Positions 38,979 through 49,692 of a stretch of DNA of 64,000 nt are shown in pieces. Source of the stretch: Cyanobacteriota bacterium (GTDB taxonomy: Bacteria > Cyanobacteriota > Cyanobacteriia > Thermostichales > Thermostichaceae); assembly GCA_033764955.1 (NCBI GenBank), contig JANRIL010000041.1, forward strand, positions 32,001 through 96,000. The letters are read 5' to 3'. The notes below the pieces were generated by a model that saw only the letters and a list, made by a program, of their open reading frames with translations, was not told where the DNA came from and searched no databases. Each line of letters begins with the position of its first letter. Positions within the stretch are counted from its first letter, which is position 1. The translations under genes were made by a program, and so were the position numbers.

Positions 38979-40904
38979 ATGGTCAAGCAGTGGAGTGGGT
39001 TGCTTCCGGCAAGCAGAAGCTTTCCTCCGGTCAGTCTGAGCCATCCCCAGCCAATCGAGCCAGGTAGGATTCCTCTTGGGCTGCATGACTGTCTTACCGC
39101 ATCTCACCCACTAGAGCTGGTTATGAATCTCGAGAGCCGATTAGGGATCCCAGAGCCGTTGCGGAAAATGGAGCGACCCAAAACGGAGATCAGCCTACGA
39201 GAACTAGACGACAACCAGTTACGGGGCAGCTTAGGTAGCCTGGTTTTGAACAAAGCCACCTGGAGTCACTTCAGTCTTAATGAAACCAGCCGCTTGTTGC
39301 GACCTCTGCAAATCTCACCGGAATTAACCGGAACCACCATTCTCACCCAAGGAGCCACGGCAGAAATCACCTACAAATTCCCTTTGAATGGGGGACGGAT
39401 CGGCACGATGACGGGCATGATTTCCATCGAAGACTTTCGTGGAGATCGGCTAGGGGATATTTATCAGCAACTCAATATTCGACAAATTATTGATGGCTTT
39501 ACCCAAACCATTGTCATTCAAATCATTGATCATCTCAGACCCATTTTTGCTAGAGAAAATGATGCTTTGCTTTGGCAGGAATCTGTCATCTTTCTTCCCA
39601 AAGATATCAGACAACATGAGTTCCTGATTCGGGGGCTGCGACCGGAGGGGATCCCCAGAAGTTTTGCCCCCCATTTAGAAAGTATTTATCGCTTGATCAT
39701 CTCAGTTTGTCCGATCTTTCCTAATGTTGCGTTTCAGCTTTGTTTGCGTACCTATTTAGAATACAACGCTATCCCCAATCAAGAATTACTAGCTCTCCTA
39801 CTCAGTAAATATTTTTATACCGTTTTTCGTTTGCAAGGATTGCACCAAGAGTCCTCCATTTATGTGGGTTCGGCTCTGCTGGGATCCCCGACTTCCCAGT
39901 CCCGTTTACGCACACTTTCGGGTTTGATGACCATCGATAATGATAGCGAGGCTACCCTTCTAGATGGAGGAGGAATTGGTCGAGGGGGGGGCGGCAGCTA
40001 TTTTTCGGGAGAGCAGGAATTTAGCGAACAGGGAGAACTGATCACTGCTGAAGAATTTGCCCGTCTTCGTCAAGATGCCCAACAGGCGCGTAGTCAGGCG
40101 GAAGAAGCAACCCAGTTAGTGGCACGTTACCAAGAAGAAGAAAAGCAGGAACTTCTCAAGCGGTTAAGCGATCCCGATCGCTTTTTAGCGTTTAGTCTCA
40201 ACCAATTTTTTGATGATATTTTTACCAACATGCCCCAAGGAATCCGCTCCGAGTCGGGCGTAGTTTGGATTCCAAAAACATCTTTGCTTGATGAACTCAA
40301 ACGGGAGGAATTAACCCAGTATCTGCGACGGGTGACCAGCGAAAATTATCTTTTTCGCGTCACTTCTGCTGAGGCTCGCATTATTGGCTATTGGCGAACC
40401 CTGGCAGAACCTTTTTACAACCAGTGGGTTCTCAATCAATATAAACAACTTCAGGACTATAATATCAAGCTGGAAAGTGTCAGTATCAAGATGATTTCAC
40501 GGGAACGTTTTGTGGAGGAGGTGGAGCTACGCTTTGCCTCACGACACATGGAGATCGTTAATCAGAACCTCAGTAAAATTGCCTCTGTTGTTGTAGAAAA
40601 ATTGGCTCAAAGGGTGGCGATCAATACTTCTCAGCAAAGCTTTCAGGCGATGCGAGCCAAACTCAACAATGTGCTGGATATGGAAATTTCCCGCAGTGAT
40701 GTGAAAGAAGCGAAAAAGCTGATTGATATCTTTGAAGAAGTCTTTATGGGCAAAAAGGAACAGCACCGATCTCCTTATCCGGTGGGAACCATTTTGGAGG
40801 TCTATCGAGATTTACGTGGTCGCTACAAAGATGGCCGCACTTTAGTGGGCATGGAAATTTTATCGCAAATTTATCAGGAATATATGGCCAAAAGTCAGAG
40901 CTAG
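38979..40904 (+). CDS. Large hypothetical protein
   Basis: 641-aa ORF with Gly linker and coiled coil; start uncertain (ATG at 39123 possible). Confidence 0.7.
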   Translation: MVKQWSGLLPASRSFPPVSLSHPQPIEPGRIPLGLHDCLTASHPLELVMNLESRLGIPEPLRKMERPKTEISLRELDDNQLRGSLGSLVLNKATWSHFSLNETSRLLRPLQISPELTGTTILTQGATAEITYKFPLNGGRIGTMTGMISIEDFRGDRLGDIYQQLNIRQIIDGFTQTIVIQIIDHLRPIFARENDALLWQESVIFLPKDIRQHEFLIRGLRPEGIPRSFAPHLESIYRLIISVCPIFPNVAFQLCLRTYLEYNAIPNQELLALLLSKYFYTVFRLQGLHQESSIYVGSALLGSPTSQSRLRTLSGLMTIDNDSEATLLDGGGIGRGGGGSYFSGEQEFSEQGELITAEEFARLRQDAQQARSQAEEATQLVARYQEEEKQELLKRLSDPDRFLAFSLNQFFDDIFTNMPQGIRSESGVVWIPKTSLLDELKREELTQYLRRVTSENYLFRVTSAEARIIGYWRTLAEPFYNQWVLNQYKQLQDYNIKLESVSIKMISRERFVEEVELRFASRHMEIVNQNLSKIASVVVEKLAQRVAINTSQQSFQAMRAKLNNVLDMEISRSDVKEAKKLIDIFEEVFMGKKEQHRSPYPVGTILEVYRDLRGRYKDGRTLVGMEILSQIYQEYMAKSQS

Positions 40905-41148
40905 CAACCCCTTCCATTCATCTTTATATTCCCTCATCCACCACTCATTCCTACCGCCGAGCCGCGTTAGGGAACAGGATCGATCCCACTTGGGTTCTGG
41001 TCGAGCCACCAGGTAGCCAAACTATGGGAGCAGAAGAACACAAAACTTTAGATTAAAATCTTAAGGTCAGGTAAAGGTTTATACGCAATCGTTGTCATTC
41101 CCCTAAAAGACTAAGTTAACCTCAATAGATACTTTGGGAGATAGGGGA

Positions 41149-42285
41149 ATGGGTAATTGGCGTTGGTGGCAACTACTGGGTTGGGTAGGGTTGGGAATGT
41201 TGGCGAGCTTGGGGGGGGTATGGTCGGATCCCCTTGCTGCTCAGGGCTACGCTCCCCCTTTTTTGCTCAGCCTGCGGCAGCAACCGACGGATTTTTCCCA
41301 ATACTCCCTGGGATCCCCGTTTCAGACCCAGCGAGTTGTCATTCCTCCCCAGTTTGATAAGGCCAGAGGATTTTCAGAAGGGTTGGCGGCGGTCAACATC
41401 GACGGGCAATGGGGCTTTATCAATCGGGTGGGCGATAGAGTCATCCCCGCCACCTATGATTTCGTCTTGGACTTTTCGCAGGGGAAGGCGGCGGTTAGAC
41501 GAGGAGATCTGTGGGGCTACATCAACCCCCAAGGCCAAGAAGTGATCCCCTTGCGTTATCAACAGGCGGGGCGATTCTCGGAAGGGTTAGCGGCTATTCG
41601 CATCAATAATCGAGCGGGTTATATCAACCTGCAAGGGCAAATGGTGATTGCCCCCCGTTTCGGAGTTGCCCAAGAATTTTCGCAGGGGTTGGGGTTGGTG
41701 CGTATCAAAAGAAAATGGGGCTATGTAGATAAAACGGGATTGCTAGCGATTCAACCTCAATTTGATGGAGGATCTGGTTTTTCGGAAGGGTTAGCGGTGA
41801 TTCACCAAAATGGCAAATCGGGTTATATCAATCGTGGTGGGGAGGTGGTGATTCCGGCTATTTATGACGAGGCGCTCAGCTTTACGGAAGGTCTAGGGCT
41901 GGTCAAAATTGGACAAAAATGGGGATTTGTCGATCCTACTGGTCAATTGGCCATTCAACCCCAATTTGATACAGCCTTTCGCTTTTCGGAGGGGCTGGCT
42001 TCCGTTGAAATGGCAGGCAAATCCTTCTATATTGATCCGCAAGGGGAGGTCGTTTTGAAATCACCCCTGGATTTAGGCTTTGGAGTCGCTCTGAATTTCT
42101 CCGAAAACTGGGGAGCCATCGGCATTGGTGACAAATGGGGATATATCGATAAGCTGGGTAATTTGGTGATTCCTCCTCAATTTGATCGGGTGTCTTTTTT
42201 CTCCGAAGGGATGGCGGCTGTCAATATCAATAACAAATGGGGATATGTCAGCAAGCGACGGTTTATCCCCGAATTTGACCGTTAA
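41149..42285 (+). CDS. Secreted WG (KWG) repeat protein
   Basis: Signal peptide plus repeated FSEGLA..KWGYI..G..VIPPQF units. Confidence 0.92.
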   Translation: MGNWRWWQLLGWVGLGMLASLGGVWSDPLAAQGYAPPFLLSLRQQPTDFSQYSLGSPFQTQRVVIPPQFDKARGFSEGLAAVNIDGQWGFINRVGDRVIPATYDFVLDFSQGKAAVRRGDLWGYINPQGQEVIPLRYQQAGRFSEGLAAIRINNRAGYINLQGQMVIAPRFGVAQEFSQGLGLVRIKRKWGYVDKTGLLAIQPQFDGGSGFSEGLAVIHQNGKSGYINRGGEVVIPAIYDEALSFTEGLGLVKIGQKWGFVDPTGQLAIQPQFDTAFRFSEGLASVEMAGKSFYIDPQGEVVLKSPLDLGFGVALNFSENWGAIGIGDKWGYIDKLGNLVIPPQFDRVSFFSEGMAAVNINNKWGYVSKRRFIPEFDR

Positions 42286-42441
42286 TTTGGATCCTGAAAG
42301 TCGGCAGGTTTATCGTGTGGATAGCCTGGATCAATCAGCCACAACAAAACCAACCATTTGTTGAGATGTTGTTTTCGTACCAGGTTTTAACCACCAGAAA
42401 CTTTCTACGCATTGGTGTTATTGAGCATTTTCAACCCATGT

Positions 42442-44715
42442 TTAAGAATTTTGCTGTAGTCTTAGCACCAACGTAGAAAGAGGTGGCAAGCAAAGTTCTA
42501 CTGAATAAGGCATGGCATGATAAGCCCAATCGTCAGACCATTTTCCCCCATAATTGCCACAACCTGTCCCCCAAAATTCAACGGCATCACTGTTGAGGAG
42601 TTCTTGATAAAAGCCAGAGAGAGGCACACCAATTCGATAGTGGCTACGAATAACGGGAGCAAAGTTACAAACCACCACCACAAACTCCTCATGATTTTGA
42701 CTCCACCTCAGAAAGGAAATAACCCCACTGTGGTCGCTACAGTCAATCCAACGAAAGCCTTCGGGGTTGATATCTTGGGCATACAAAGCGGGTTGGGATC
42801 TGAGTAGATGATTGAGGGCTTTTACATACTTTTGTAGCTTGCGGTGGGGATCAAATTGCAAAAGATGCCATTCCAAGTCCCCCCAAACATCCCATTCTCG
42901 AGTCTGGGCAAACTCCATGCCCATAAACAGAGTTTTTTTGCCCGGATGACAAAACATATAGCCAAACAGACATCTGACACTAGCAAATTTCCCCCATTCA
43001 TCTCCCGGCATTTTATAGATCATGCTGCTCTTGCCATGCACCACCTCATCATGGGAAAAGGCCAACATATAGTTTTCACTAAAGGCATACATGAGAGAAA
43101 AGGTCACCAAATTTTGATGAAACTGACGGAACCACGGATCCATGTGGAAATAGTCGAGCATGTCGTGCATCCAACCCATGTTCCACTTGAGGTTAAAGCC
43201 CAACCCTCCCACATGCACAGGCCAGGTCACCATCGGCCAAGAGGTCGATTCTTCAGCAATCGATAATGTACCTGGAAAGTTTTTGAAGATTAAGGTGTTG
43301 AGTTGTCGGAAAAATTCGATGGCTTCAATATGCTCTCTGCCACCGTATTGGTTGGTCACCCATTCTCCGGGCTGGCGAGAATAATCCAGATAAAGGGTGG
43401 AGGCCACGGCATCGACACGGATCCCATCAATGTGATATTTGTCAAACCAAAATAGGGCGTTGGCTACGAGATAATTGCGGACTTCATTTCGGCCATAATC
43501 AAAAATTAAGGTTCCCCAATCTTTATGCTCTCCCTTGCGGGGATCCGCATATTCGTAAAGGTGGCTGCCATCAAAGAAGGCTAGCCCATGTCCATCTTTG
43601 GGAAAATGTCCAGGCACCCAATCTACGATGACCCCAATGCCTTCCTGGTGAGCGCGATCGATAAAGGTCATCAAATCCTGCGGGGATCCGTAGCGGGAGG
43701 TGGCGGCATAATGCCCAATCACCTGATAACCCCACGATCCATCAAAGGGATGTTCGGCTACGGGCAGCAACTCGATGTGGGTAAACCCCAGCTCTTTGAC
43801 ATAGGGGATGAGTTTATCCGCCAATTCGCGGTAGGTGAGGAAACGAGCCGAGGGCTTCTGTTCGGATACAGGTACAACAGCACCCGTTGCCTCCCCCTGC
43901 TCATCGAGGGGAGGGGCTTCGCTGGAGGCATGTAGCCAGGATCCCAGATGCACTTCATAAACTGAAATGGGGGAACGCAAGGGATCCCCTTGGGCACGCG
44001 CCTCCATCCAGTCCTGATCCTGCCACTGATGGGTGCTGAGATTAGTGACAATGGATCCGGTGCGGGGTCTTACCTCCTGTTGAAAGCCATAGGGATCCGA
44101 TTTTTCATAGATATGCCCCTGCCAGTTTTTGATCTCATATTTATAAATGGCTCCGCTGGTCAGCCCCGGCAAAAACAATGCCCAAATGCCACTGTTTCCT
44201 AGCCGCCGCATTTGGTGCTGCCGTCCATCCCAACGGTTAAAGTCACCGATCAAGCTAACATTGCGGGCATTGGGTGCCCAAACCGCAAAATGCACCCCTG
44301 CTACCCCTGCCATATGAATAGGATGGGATCCCAATTTTTCATAGATCTGATGGTGGTTCCCCTCCCCAAACAGATGCAGATCCAGATCCCCCAAAAAATT
44401 GGGCGGAAATCGATAGGGATCCTCTAAAAGCTCCTGCTCATCCCAGATGCGCTCCACCCGAAACTGATAGTCCGGCAAGGGATCCGCCACTGTGATCTCA
44501 TATAACCCAACTGGATGGATCAAGCTCATGGGTTGAGATTCCCCAGTCTTTCTATTCAGCCATTCCACCTGGCGACTGTTAGGGATGAGGGTACGGATGA
44601 TCCACACCACCGAGTCCGCTTGGGGATGGGCGTGAGGCCCCAAGATGAGAAAGGGATCCGTCTGTTGGTTGGTAACCAGACTCTCGACTTGCTCAGGGGT
44701 GAGGGGGGTTGACAT
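42442..44715 (-). CDS. glgB: 1,4-alpha-glucan branching enzyme
   Basis: FAVWAPNA, SWGYQ, DGIRVDAVAS, AEEST and SHDEVVHGK motifs. Confidence 0.97.
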   Translation of the reverse strand: MSTPLTPEQVESLVTNQQTDPFLILGPHAHPQADSVVWIIRTLIPNSRQVEWLNRKTGESQPMSLIHPVGLYEITVADPLPDYQFRVERIWDEQELLEDPYRFPPNFLGDLDLHLFGEGNHHQIYEKLGSHPIHMAGVAGVHFAVWAPNARNVSLIGDFNRWDGRQHQMRRLGNSGIWALFLPGLTSGAIYKYEIKNWQGHIYEKSDPYGFQQEVRPRTGSIVTNLSTHQWQDQDWMEARAQGDPLRSPISVYEVHLGSWLHASSEAPPLDEQGEATGAVVPVSEQKPSARFLTYRELADKLIPYVKELGFTHIELLPVAEHPFDGSWGYQVIGHYAATSRYGSPQDLMTFIDRAHQEGIGVIVDWVPGHFPKDGHGLAFFDGSHLYEYADPRKGEHKDWGTLIFDYGRNEVRNYLVANALFWFDKYHIDGIRVDAVASTLYLDYSRQPGEWVTNQYGGREHIEAIEFFRQLNTLIFKNFPGTLSIAEESTSWPMVTWPVHVGGLGFNLKWNMGWMHDMLDYFHMDPWFRQFHQNLVTFSLMYAFSENYMLAFSHDEVVHGKSSMIYKMPGDEWGKFASVRCLFGYMFCHPGKKTLFMGMEFAQTREWDVWGDLEWHLLQFDPHRKLQKYVKALNHLLRSQPALYAQDINPEGFRWIDCSDHSGVISFLRWSQNHEEFVVVVCNFAPVIRSHYRIGVPLSGFYQELLNSDAVEFWGTGCGNYGGKWSDDWAYHAMPYSVELCLPPLSTLVLRLQQNS

Positions 44716-44785
44716 GAGGAAAACCAGACATGGGCTACTCTACTCAGGATATCGTTCTTAGGATCCCAACCCCTATCTCACCCCT

Positions 44786-45793
44786 TCAATCCACCCAGGC
44801 ACGGGGCTGCCGTAACACGTCATAGAGGCGAGCCTCCCAGCTCCCCATCGGCGGTTGATAGCCATACTCCCAGCGCACCAAGGGGGGCAGCGACATCAAG
44901 ATAGACTCGGTACGCCCATTGGTTTGTAGGCCAAAAATCGTGCCCCGGTCATAGACCAGGTTAAATTCCACGTAGCGCCCCCGCCGATAAAGCTGAAACT
45001 GTCGTTCCGCTTCCCCCCAAGGGGTGGCTTGCCGCCGCTCCACAATCGGCACATAGGCAGGCAAAAAGGCATTGGCACACGACTGCACCAAATCGAATAA
45101 ATCCTGCCAACTGCGCGCTCCGACAGTCTGGGCAACCGCTTCCGGCAAAACCAGTTGACTGGGCTGATGGTCTCCACTGCGATAAATCAATCCGGGTTGA
45201 GAATCTTGATAGTCAAAAAAGAGTCCACCAATACCCCGCCCCTCTCCCCGATGGGGCAAATAGAAATAGCGATCACACCAATACTTAAACACCCCATAAT
45301 AGGCCGGATCATGGGCATCGCAGGCCGCCTTCAGCTTGGCATGAAAATGCTGGGCATCCTCCTCAAACAGATAGTAGGGGGTTAGATCAATCCCTCCCCC
45401 AAACCACCAAACCGGCCCCGCCTCAAAATAGCGATAGTTGAGGTGAACGGTAGGAACATAAGGATTGCGGGGATGTAAGACCATCGAAGTCCCCGTGGCA
45501 TAAAACTCATGCCCAGCCGCTTCCGGTCTTTGCTTGAGAATCGAGGGAGGGAGAGTCGAGCCAAACACCTCCGAGAAATTCACTCCCCCCTGCTCAAACA
45601 CTCCTCCTTCCCGCAACACCCGCGAGCGTCCACCCCCCCCTTCCGGTCGTTGCCACTGATCTTCCTGGAATTGGCTTTTGCCATCTAACGTTGCTAGGCG
45701 ATGACAGATGTCCTCCTGCAACTGTTGAAGAAATTGGCTGACCTGTTGGCGACTGGTATGGGGAGGGGCAAGTGGGGAGGAAGTAGCCATCAT
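44786..45793 (-). CDS. hemF: Oxygen-dependent coproporphyrinogen III oxidase
   Basis: [21 protein letters not shown] and [10 protein letters not shown] motifs. Confidence 0.97.
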   Translation of the reverse strand: MMATSSPLAPPHTSRQQVSQFLQQLQEDICHRLATLDGKSQFQEDQWQRPEGGGGRSRVLREGGVFEQGGVNFSEVFGSTLPPSILKQRPEAAGHEFYATGTSMVLHPRNPYVPTVHLNYRYFEAGPVWWFGGGIDLTPYYLFEEDAQHFHAKLKAACDAHDPAYYGVFKYWCDRYFYLPHRGEGRGIGGLFFDYQDSQPGLIYRSGDHQPSQLVLPEAVAQTVGARSWQDLFDLVQSCANAFLPAYVPIVERRQATPWGEAERQFQLYRRGRYVEFNLVYDRGTIFGLQTNGRTESILMSLPPLVRWEYGYQPPMGSWEARLYDVLRQPRAWVD

Positions 45794-45889
45794 GGGGAGT
45801 AAAGATTTTTCAAGGTAACGAGCGATGGGCAGAAGGGGGCTGAGGGATCCGATCCCTCCTGATCTGGCTCGATGATTTGCTCGATTATT

Positions 45890-46132
45890 TTAGGTGGGAA
45901 CTGGCTCATGTGGGCGAAGCTTGACCCATTTGTTACGTTCTTCCCGAAAGCTTTGGCATCCCACTACATCCCATTCCATCTCCCGTCCGCCATTGCGGAT
46001 GTTGACGTTGATTTCGGGCTGAATTGGCTCAAAATCAGGGGTGAGGGTGAGATGGGGCTGTTGGTGCTGATCTTCAACCGCATGATAGGTCAGGCAGCGA
46101 TCCACATAGTGACAATGAATACAGATACACAT
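45890..46132 (-). CDS. ycf34: Ycf34 Fe-S protein
   Basis: MCICIHCHYVDRC..EWDVVGC. Confidence 0.92.
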   Translation of the reverse strand: MCICIHCHYVDRCLTYHAVEDQHQQPHLTLTPDFEPIQPEINVNIRNGGREMEWDVVGCQSFREERNKWVKLRPHEPVPT

Positions 46133-46596
46133 GCCAGCCCTGCCTCCTTATTTACCCAGGCCAATCATTTATCGGAACTCGTCTTTCCCCACAACCGATG
46201 GGATCCACAGGTGATGAAGCCATCCTTGATCTATAGCGAATTGATCCCTCCTTTGCCCACCTCATCCTTGACAACTTGGCTCACTCCATTCACAAAGAGA
46301 ACTTATCCACTTCCTCCTCCGAAACCCAGGCAGAGCCTAGCCTGAAAGGGGGGGGGAGGGATCCCTCTGGACGAAACTAGAGGAAGCTGCTAAGTTTGCG
46401 GGTATAGCTAGTAGTCCAGGATACCGTCAAAACACGAGACTTTAGGGTAGTAGGTTAGATAACGGCTCAGTCATGCTTAGGAATGAGTGCAATTCATTAC
46501 TGGGTTAATCAAAGGGGTTATGGCAAAAGTTAGCGCCGCCGATCCTTGCATGGGTTGGGCATGGCTTGTCTGCCATGAGACAGCAGGGTTGCGCCT

Positions 46597-49101
46597 ATGA
46601 CCACACAACCCGCCGCAGTGCCTGTCTCACTGATTGGACTGATGGCTTCTACGGTTGGGCTAGGGCTTGCTTTGCTGGGCTTTTATCAGGTCGAGTCTGA
46701 GGATTTAAGGGAACAAGCCCTCAATCAGCAGACAGCCAGAGCAGAAAGGCTTGCCCAGGGCTTAGAAGCCTATCTGATTTCGGCTCAGCAGGTTGTCCAA
46801 ACCACCACGGCCTTGTTCACAGAAGTCCCTCCTCCCCCGTTAGCCTCTCCGGATCCGCAAAGCAGCCCTCCGGCGATTTCCAGAGTATTCCCCAGCAACT
46901 CGGCGGCTATCGCTGACGGCTTGCAGCGAATTTTGTCCTCTACACCGGCAGAGGCCGTCTATGGGATTGGGGTTTGGTATCAACCCTATGCCTGGGATCC
47001 CGACCTCCTCAACTTTAGTTCCTATCAATCCCGTCCCTTGGCTGGATCCCCTCTTCCCATCCCTGACCCCAATCAACTCAACAGTGACTATCGGCAGCAG
47101 CCGTGGTATCAAGCGGCAGTGTCCGGGCAAGGGGATCCCGTCTTTACCCAGCCCTTCGTGGACAGCGATGGTGTTTATGTAACGGTGGCAGAAGCGTTTT
47201 ATCAGGGAGAAGCCCTGGCAGGGGTGGTGAGGGTTGATGTGGTGCTCCCTCAACTCAATGACTTCATTGTGGAGGCTAGCCTCAATGGGGCTGAGTTTAG
47301 CTACATGACCAGTGGCGAGGGATCCCTGTTCATCCATCCATTTCAGGAGCAACTGCTGGCGGCAGCTCGGCAAGCAGGGGAGGATCCCGACAGCCTAAAC
47401 GATCTATCGCACGAGGACTGGCGGAGATTCCAAGAGGGTTATTTTACCTCCCCTCGCCAAGAAGCTCAGGTTGTGGTCAACCCCGTCGGCTGGAAACTCT
47501 ATATCAACTCCGCCCAAAAGGATTGGCTAGTAGAAGTGGGGCAGTTGCAGCGCGATCTCTTAGGGGTGGGGGGGTTAGCCTGGACAGGCTTGGCCTTGCT
47601 GTGGTTAGGGTGGCAACGCATCAACAACCAAACTCAGCGCACCCTGAAACTGGAGCATGAAAAAGCCCGCCTAGAACGAGAGATCTCGGAGCGAAAGCGC
47701 ACCGAGATGATGCTGCGTCAGCAGGAATTTCAACTGCGCGAGCAAGCCAAACAACTCGATTTTGAAGAACACCACGACTCTCTCACCAAACTGCCCAACC
47801 GCAACTGGCTGTTGATCCGGCTTCAGACCGCCCTGGATCGCGCCCATACCTATTCCGACTATCAATTTGCCCTGTTGTTTTTAGACTTGGATCGCTTCAA
47901 AGTTCTCAACGATAGCCTAGGGCATGATCTGGGGGATCAGGTTTTGAAGGGTCTAGCCAAAAAATTAGAAGCCTGTCTGCGGGTAGTAGATGCGGTGGCG
48001 CGTTGGGGAGGAGATGAGTTTGTGATTTTGTTGGATTATTTGTCAGAAGAAAAAGAAGCCCTCAAAATTGCGGAACAAATTCAAGCAACTCTCCGCACGC
48101 CGTTAGTGATTGATCGGCAAGATGTCTTTGTCACCGCCAGCATCGGGATTGCCCTCAGCAACCCAACCTACGATAAACCAGAAGATTTGCTGCGAGATGC
48201 CGATATTGCGGTGCATCGTGCCAAAGTCCAGGGCAGAAATTGCTATGAAATTTTTAACCCAGATATGCATAGCGAAGCCGTTGCCTTGCTCCAAATTGAG
48301 TCCAACCTGCGACGAGTGATCGACCAAATTCAAGCGGATCCCGATCAGGAGCAAGAACTCCAGGTTTACTACCAACCCATTCTCTGCCTAGAGACTCAAC
48401 AGGTGGAGGGATTTGAGGCTTTGGTGCGTTGGCAGCATCCTACCTTGGGCATGGTGCAGCCGGATCGGTTTATCTACACGGCTGAGGAAACCGGCTTAAT
48501 CACAGCCATCGACGAATGGATATTGCGGCAAGCCTGCCTACAGCTCCAAAAGTGGCAACAACAATTCCCCACCCTACGACCCCTCAGCGTCAGTGTGAAT
48601 CTTTCGGGGCGTGATTTTACCCAACCCCGCCTCTTAAACTGGATCGACCGCGTTTTAGAAGAAACCGGTTTGCCCCCCAGCAACCTTAAGCTGGAAATGA
48701 CCGAAAGCAGTGTCATGAGTGAAATGGAGAGTGTGATTCAAATCCTCCATCAACTGCGGACACGCGGGATCCCCATCTGCATTGATGATTTTGGAACGGG
48801 CTATTCTTCCCTTAGTTATTTACACCGCTTTCCCATTGATGTTCTGAAAATTGACCGTGCTTTTGTCGATCACATGGGAGAACAGGCTGAGCAGGATGCC
48901 ACGGTTAAAGCGATTATCACGCTTGCCCACAGCCTCAACCTGACAGTGATTGCCGAAGGAATTGAAACCCCCGCCCAAGCTGCCCAACTCAGGCGGCTGG
49001 GGGCAGAACAGGGACAGGGATACTATTTCTCCCGACCTCTCAATCTAGAAGCGGCCACTGACTATCTGCGACGCTGCCAGGGATCCCTGATCCCTTCTTA
49101 A
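46597..49101 (+). CDS. Membrane sensor (Cache-like) diguanylate cyclase/phosphodiesterase
   Basis: Two TM segments flanking DYRQQPWY..FTQPF; intact GGDEF, EAL and DDFGTGYSS. Confidence 0.92.
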   Translation: MTTQPAAVPVSLIGLMASTVGLGLALLGFYQVESEDLREQALNQQTARAERLAQGLEAYLISAQQVVQTTTALFTEVPPPPLASPDPQSSPPAISRVFPSNSAAIADGLQRILSSTPAEAVYGIGVWYQPYAWDPDLLNFSSYQSRPLAGSPLPIPDPNQLNSDYRQQPWYQAAVSGQGDPVFTQPFVDSDGVYVTVAEAFYQGEALAGVVRVDVVLPQLNDFIVEASLNGAEFSYMTSGEGSLFIHPFQEQLLAAARQAGEDPDSLNDLSHEDWRRFQEGYFTSPRQEAQVVVNPVGWKLYINSAQKDWLVEVGQLQRDLLGVGGLAWTGLALLWLGWQRINNQTQRTLKLEHEKARLEREISERKRTEMMLRQQEFQLREQAKQLDFEEHHDSLTKLPNRNWLLIRLQTALDRAHTYSDYQFALLFLDLDRFKVLNDSLGHDLGDQVLKGLAKKLEACLRVVDAVARWGGDEFVILLDYLSEEKEALKIAEQIQATLRTPLVIDRQDVFVTASIGIALSNPTYDKPEDLLRDADIAVHRAKVQGRNCYEIFNPDMHSEAVALLQIESNLRRVIDQIQADPDQEQELQVYYQPILCLETQQVEGFEALVRWQHPTLGMVQPDRFIYTAEETGLITAIDEWILRQACLQLQKWQQQFPTLRPLSVSVNLSGRDFTQPRLLNWIDRVLEETGLPPSNLKLEMTESSVMSEMESVIQILHQLRTRGIPICIDDFGTGYSSLSYLHRFPIDVLKIDRAFVDHMGEQAEQDATVKAIITLAHSLNLTVIAEGIETPAQAAQLRRLGAEQGQGYYFSRPLNLEAATDYLRRCQGSLIPS

Positions 49102-49151
49102 GAGCTAGCGACTAGCTAGAAACGGCTGCATAGCCAGATGTTCCCAGCCAA

Positions 49152-49181
49152 TTGACGGGCAGCTTGACTCTTCAGTATGAT
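49152..49181 (+). promoter_or_regulatory. Sigma70-like promoter for tRNA-Leu
   Basis: TTGACG-18 bp-TATGAT just upstream of the tRNA. Confidence 0.5.
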
Positions 49182-49196
49182 AACTAAGGGTTAAAT

Positions 49197-49276
49197 GGGC
49201 GAGTGGCGAAATTGGTAGACGCACCGCACTCAAAATGCGGCGGGAAACCATGTCGGTTCGAGTCCGACCTTGCCCA
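49197..49276 (+). tRNA. tRNA-Leu(CAA)
   Basis: GGGCGAG/CTTGCCC stem, CCGCA-CTCAAAA-TGCGG anticodon arm, variable arm, GGTTCGAGTCC. Confidence 0.95.
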
Positions 49277-49380
49277 TCATGGTTGAAGCAATTAGCTGCA
49301 TTATCATAGCTTTCGAGACGAATGCAGGTTGGCTCTGAAGTCGGTGACTATGAATATTTCCATCATGATGTTCACTTGTT

Positions 49381-49577
49381 GAAGTGGGCAATCTCCACAT
49401 CAACCGGGGTATTGCAGGGGGAGTTGTGGCTGGTCAGCCCTTTGGGGACTTCAAAATGTCGGGGGCAGGATCCAAAGCCGGTGGCTCCGATTATCTGCTG
49501 CAATTTTTAGAGCCGCGTGTCATCACTGAAAATATTCAAGGCAGGGATTTGCCCCGATTGAGGGAGCGGAAAATTAG
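49381..49577 (+). pseudogene. putA: 3' fragment of putA/P5C dehydrogenase, frameshifted
   Basis: GNLHINRG..QPFG.FKMSG.GSKAGG.DYLLQFLEPRVITEN, then GFAPIEGAEN* in a shifted frame. Confidence 0.75.
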
Positions 49578-49692
49578 GCAAGGGGATCCCTGTCTAACCC
49601 AGAGACAGCAAGAGATCTGCCACATTGCCATTGACGTTGAGATAGCTTCTGACTAGCCTAAAATCATCCTCACCACTACGTGGAGAAATTGT

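Noticed and set aside
46348..46356. G9 homopolymer as a phase-variation switch
   Set aside because: Intergenic, with no demonstrable promoter overlap
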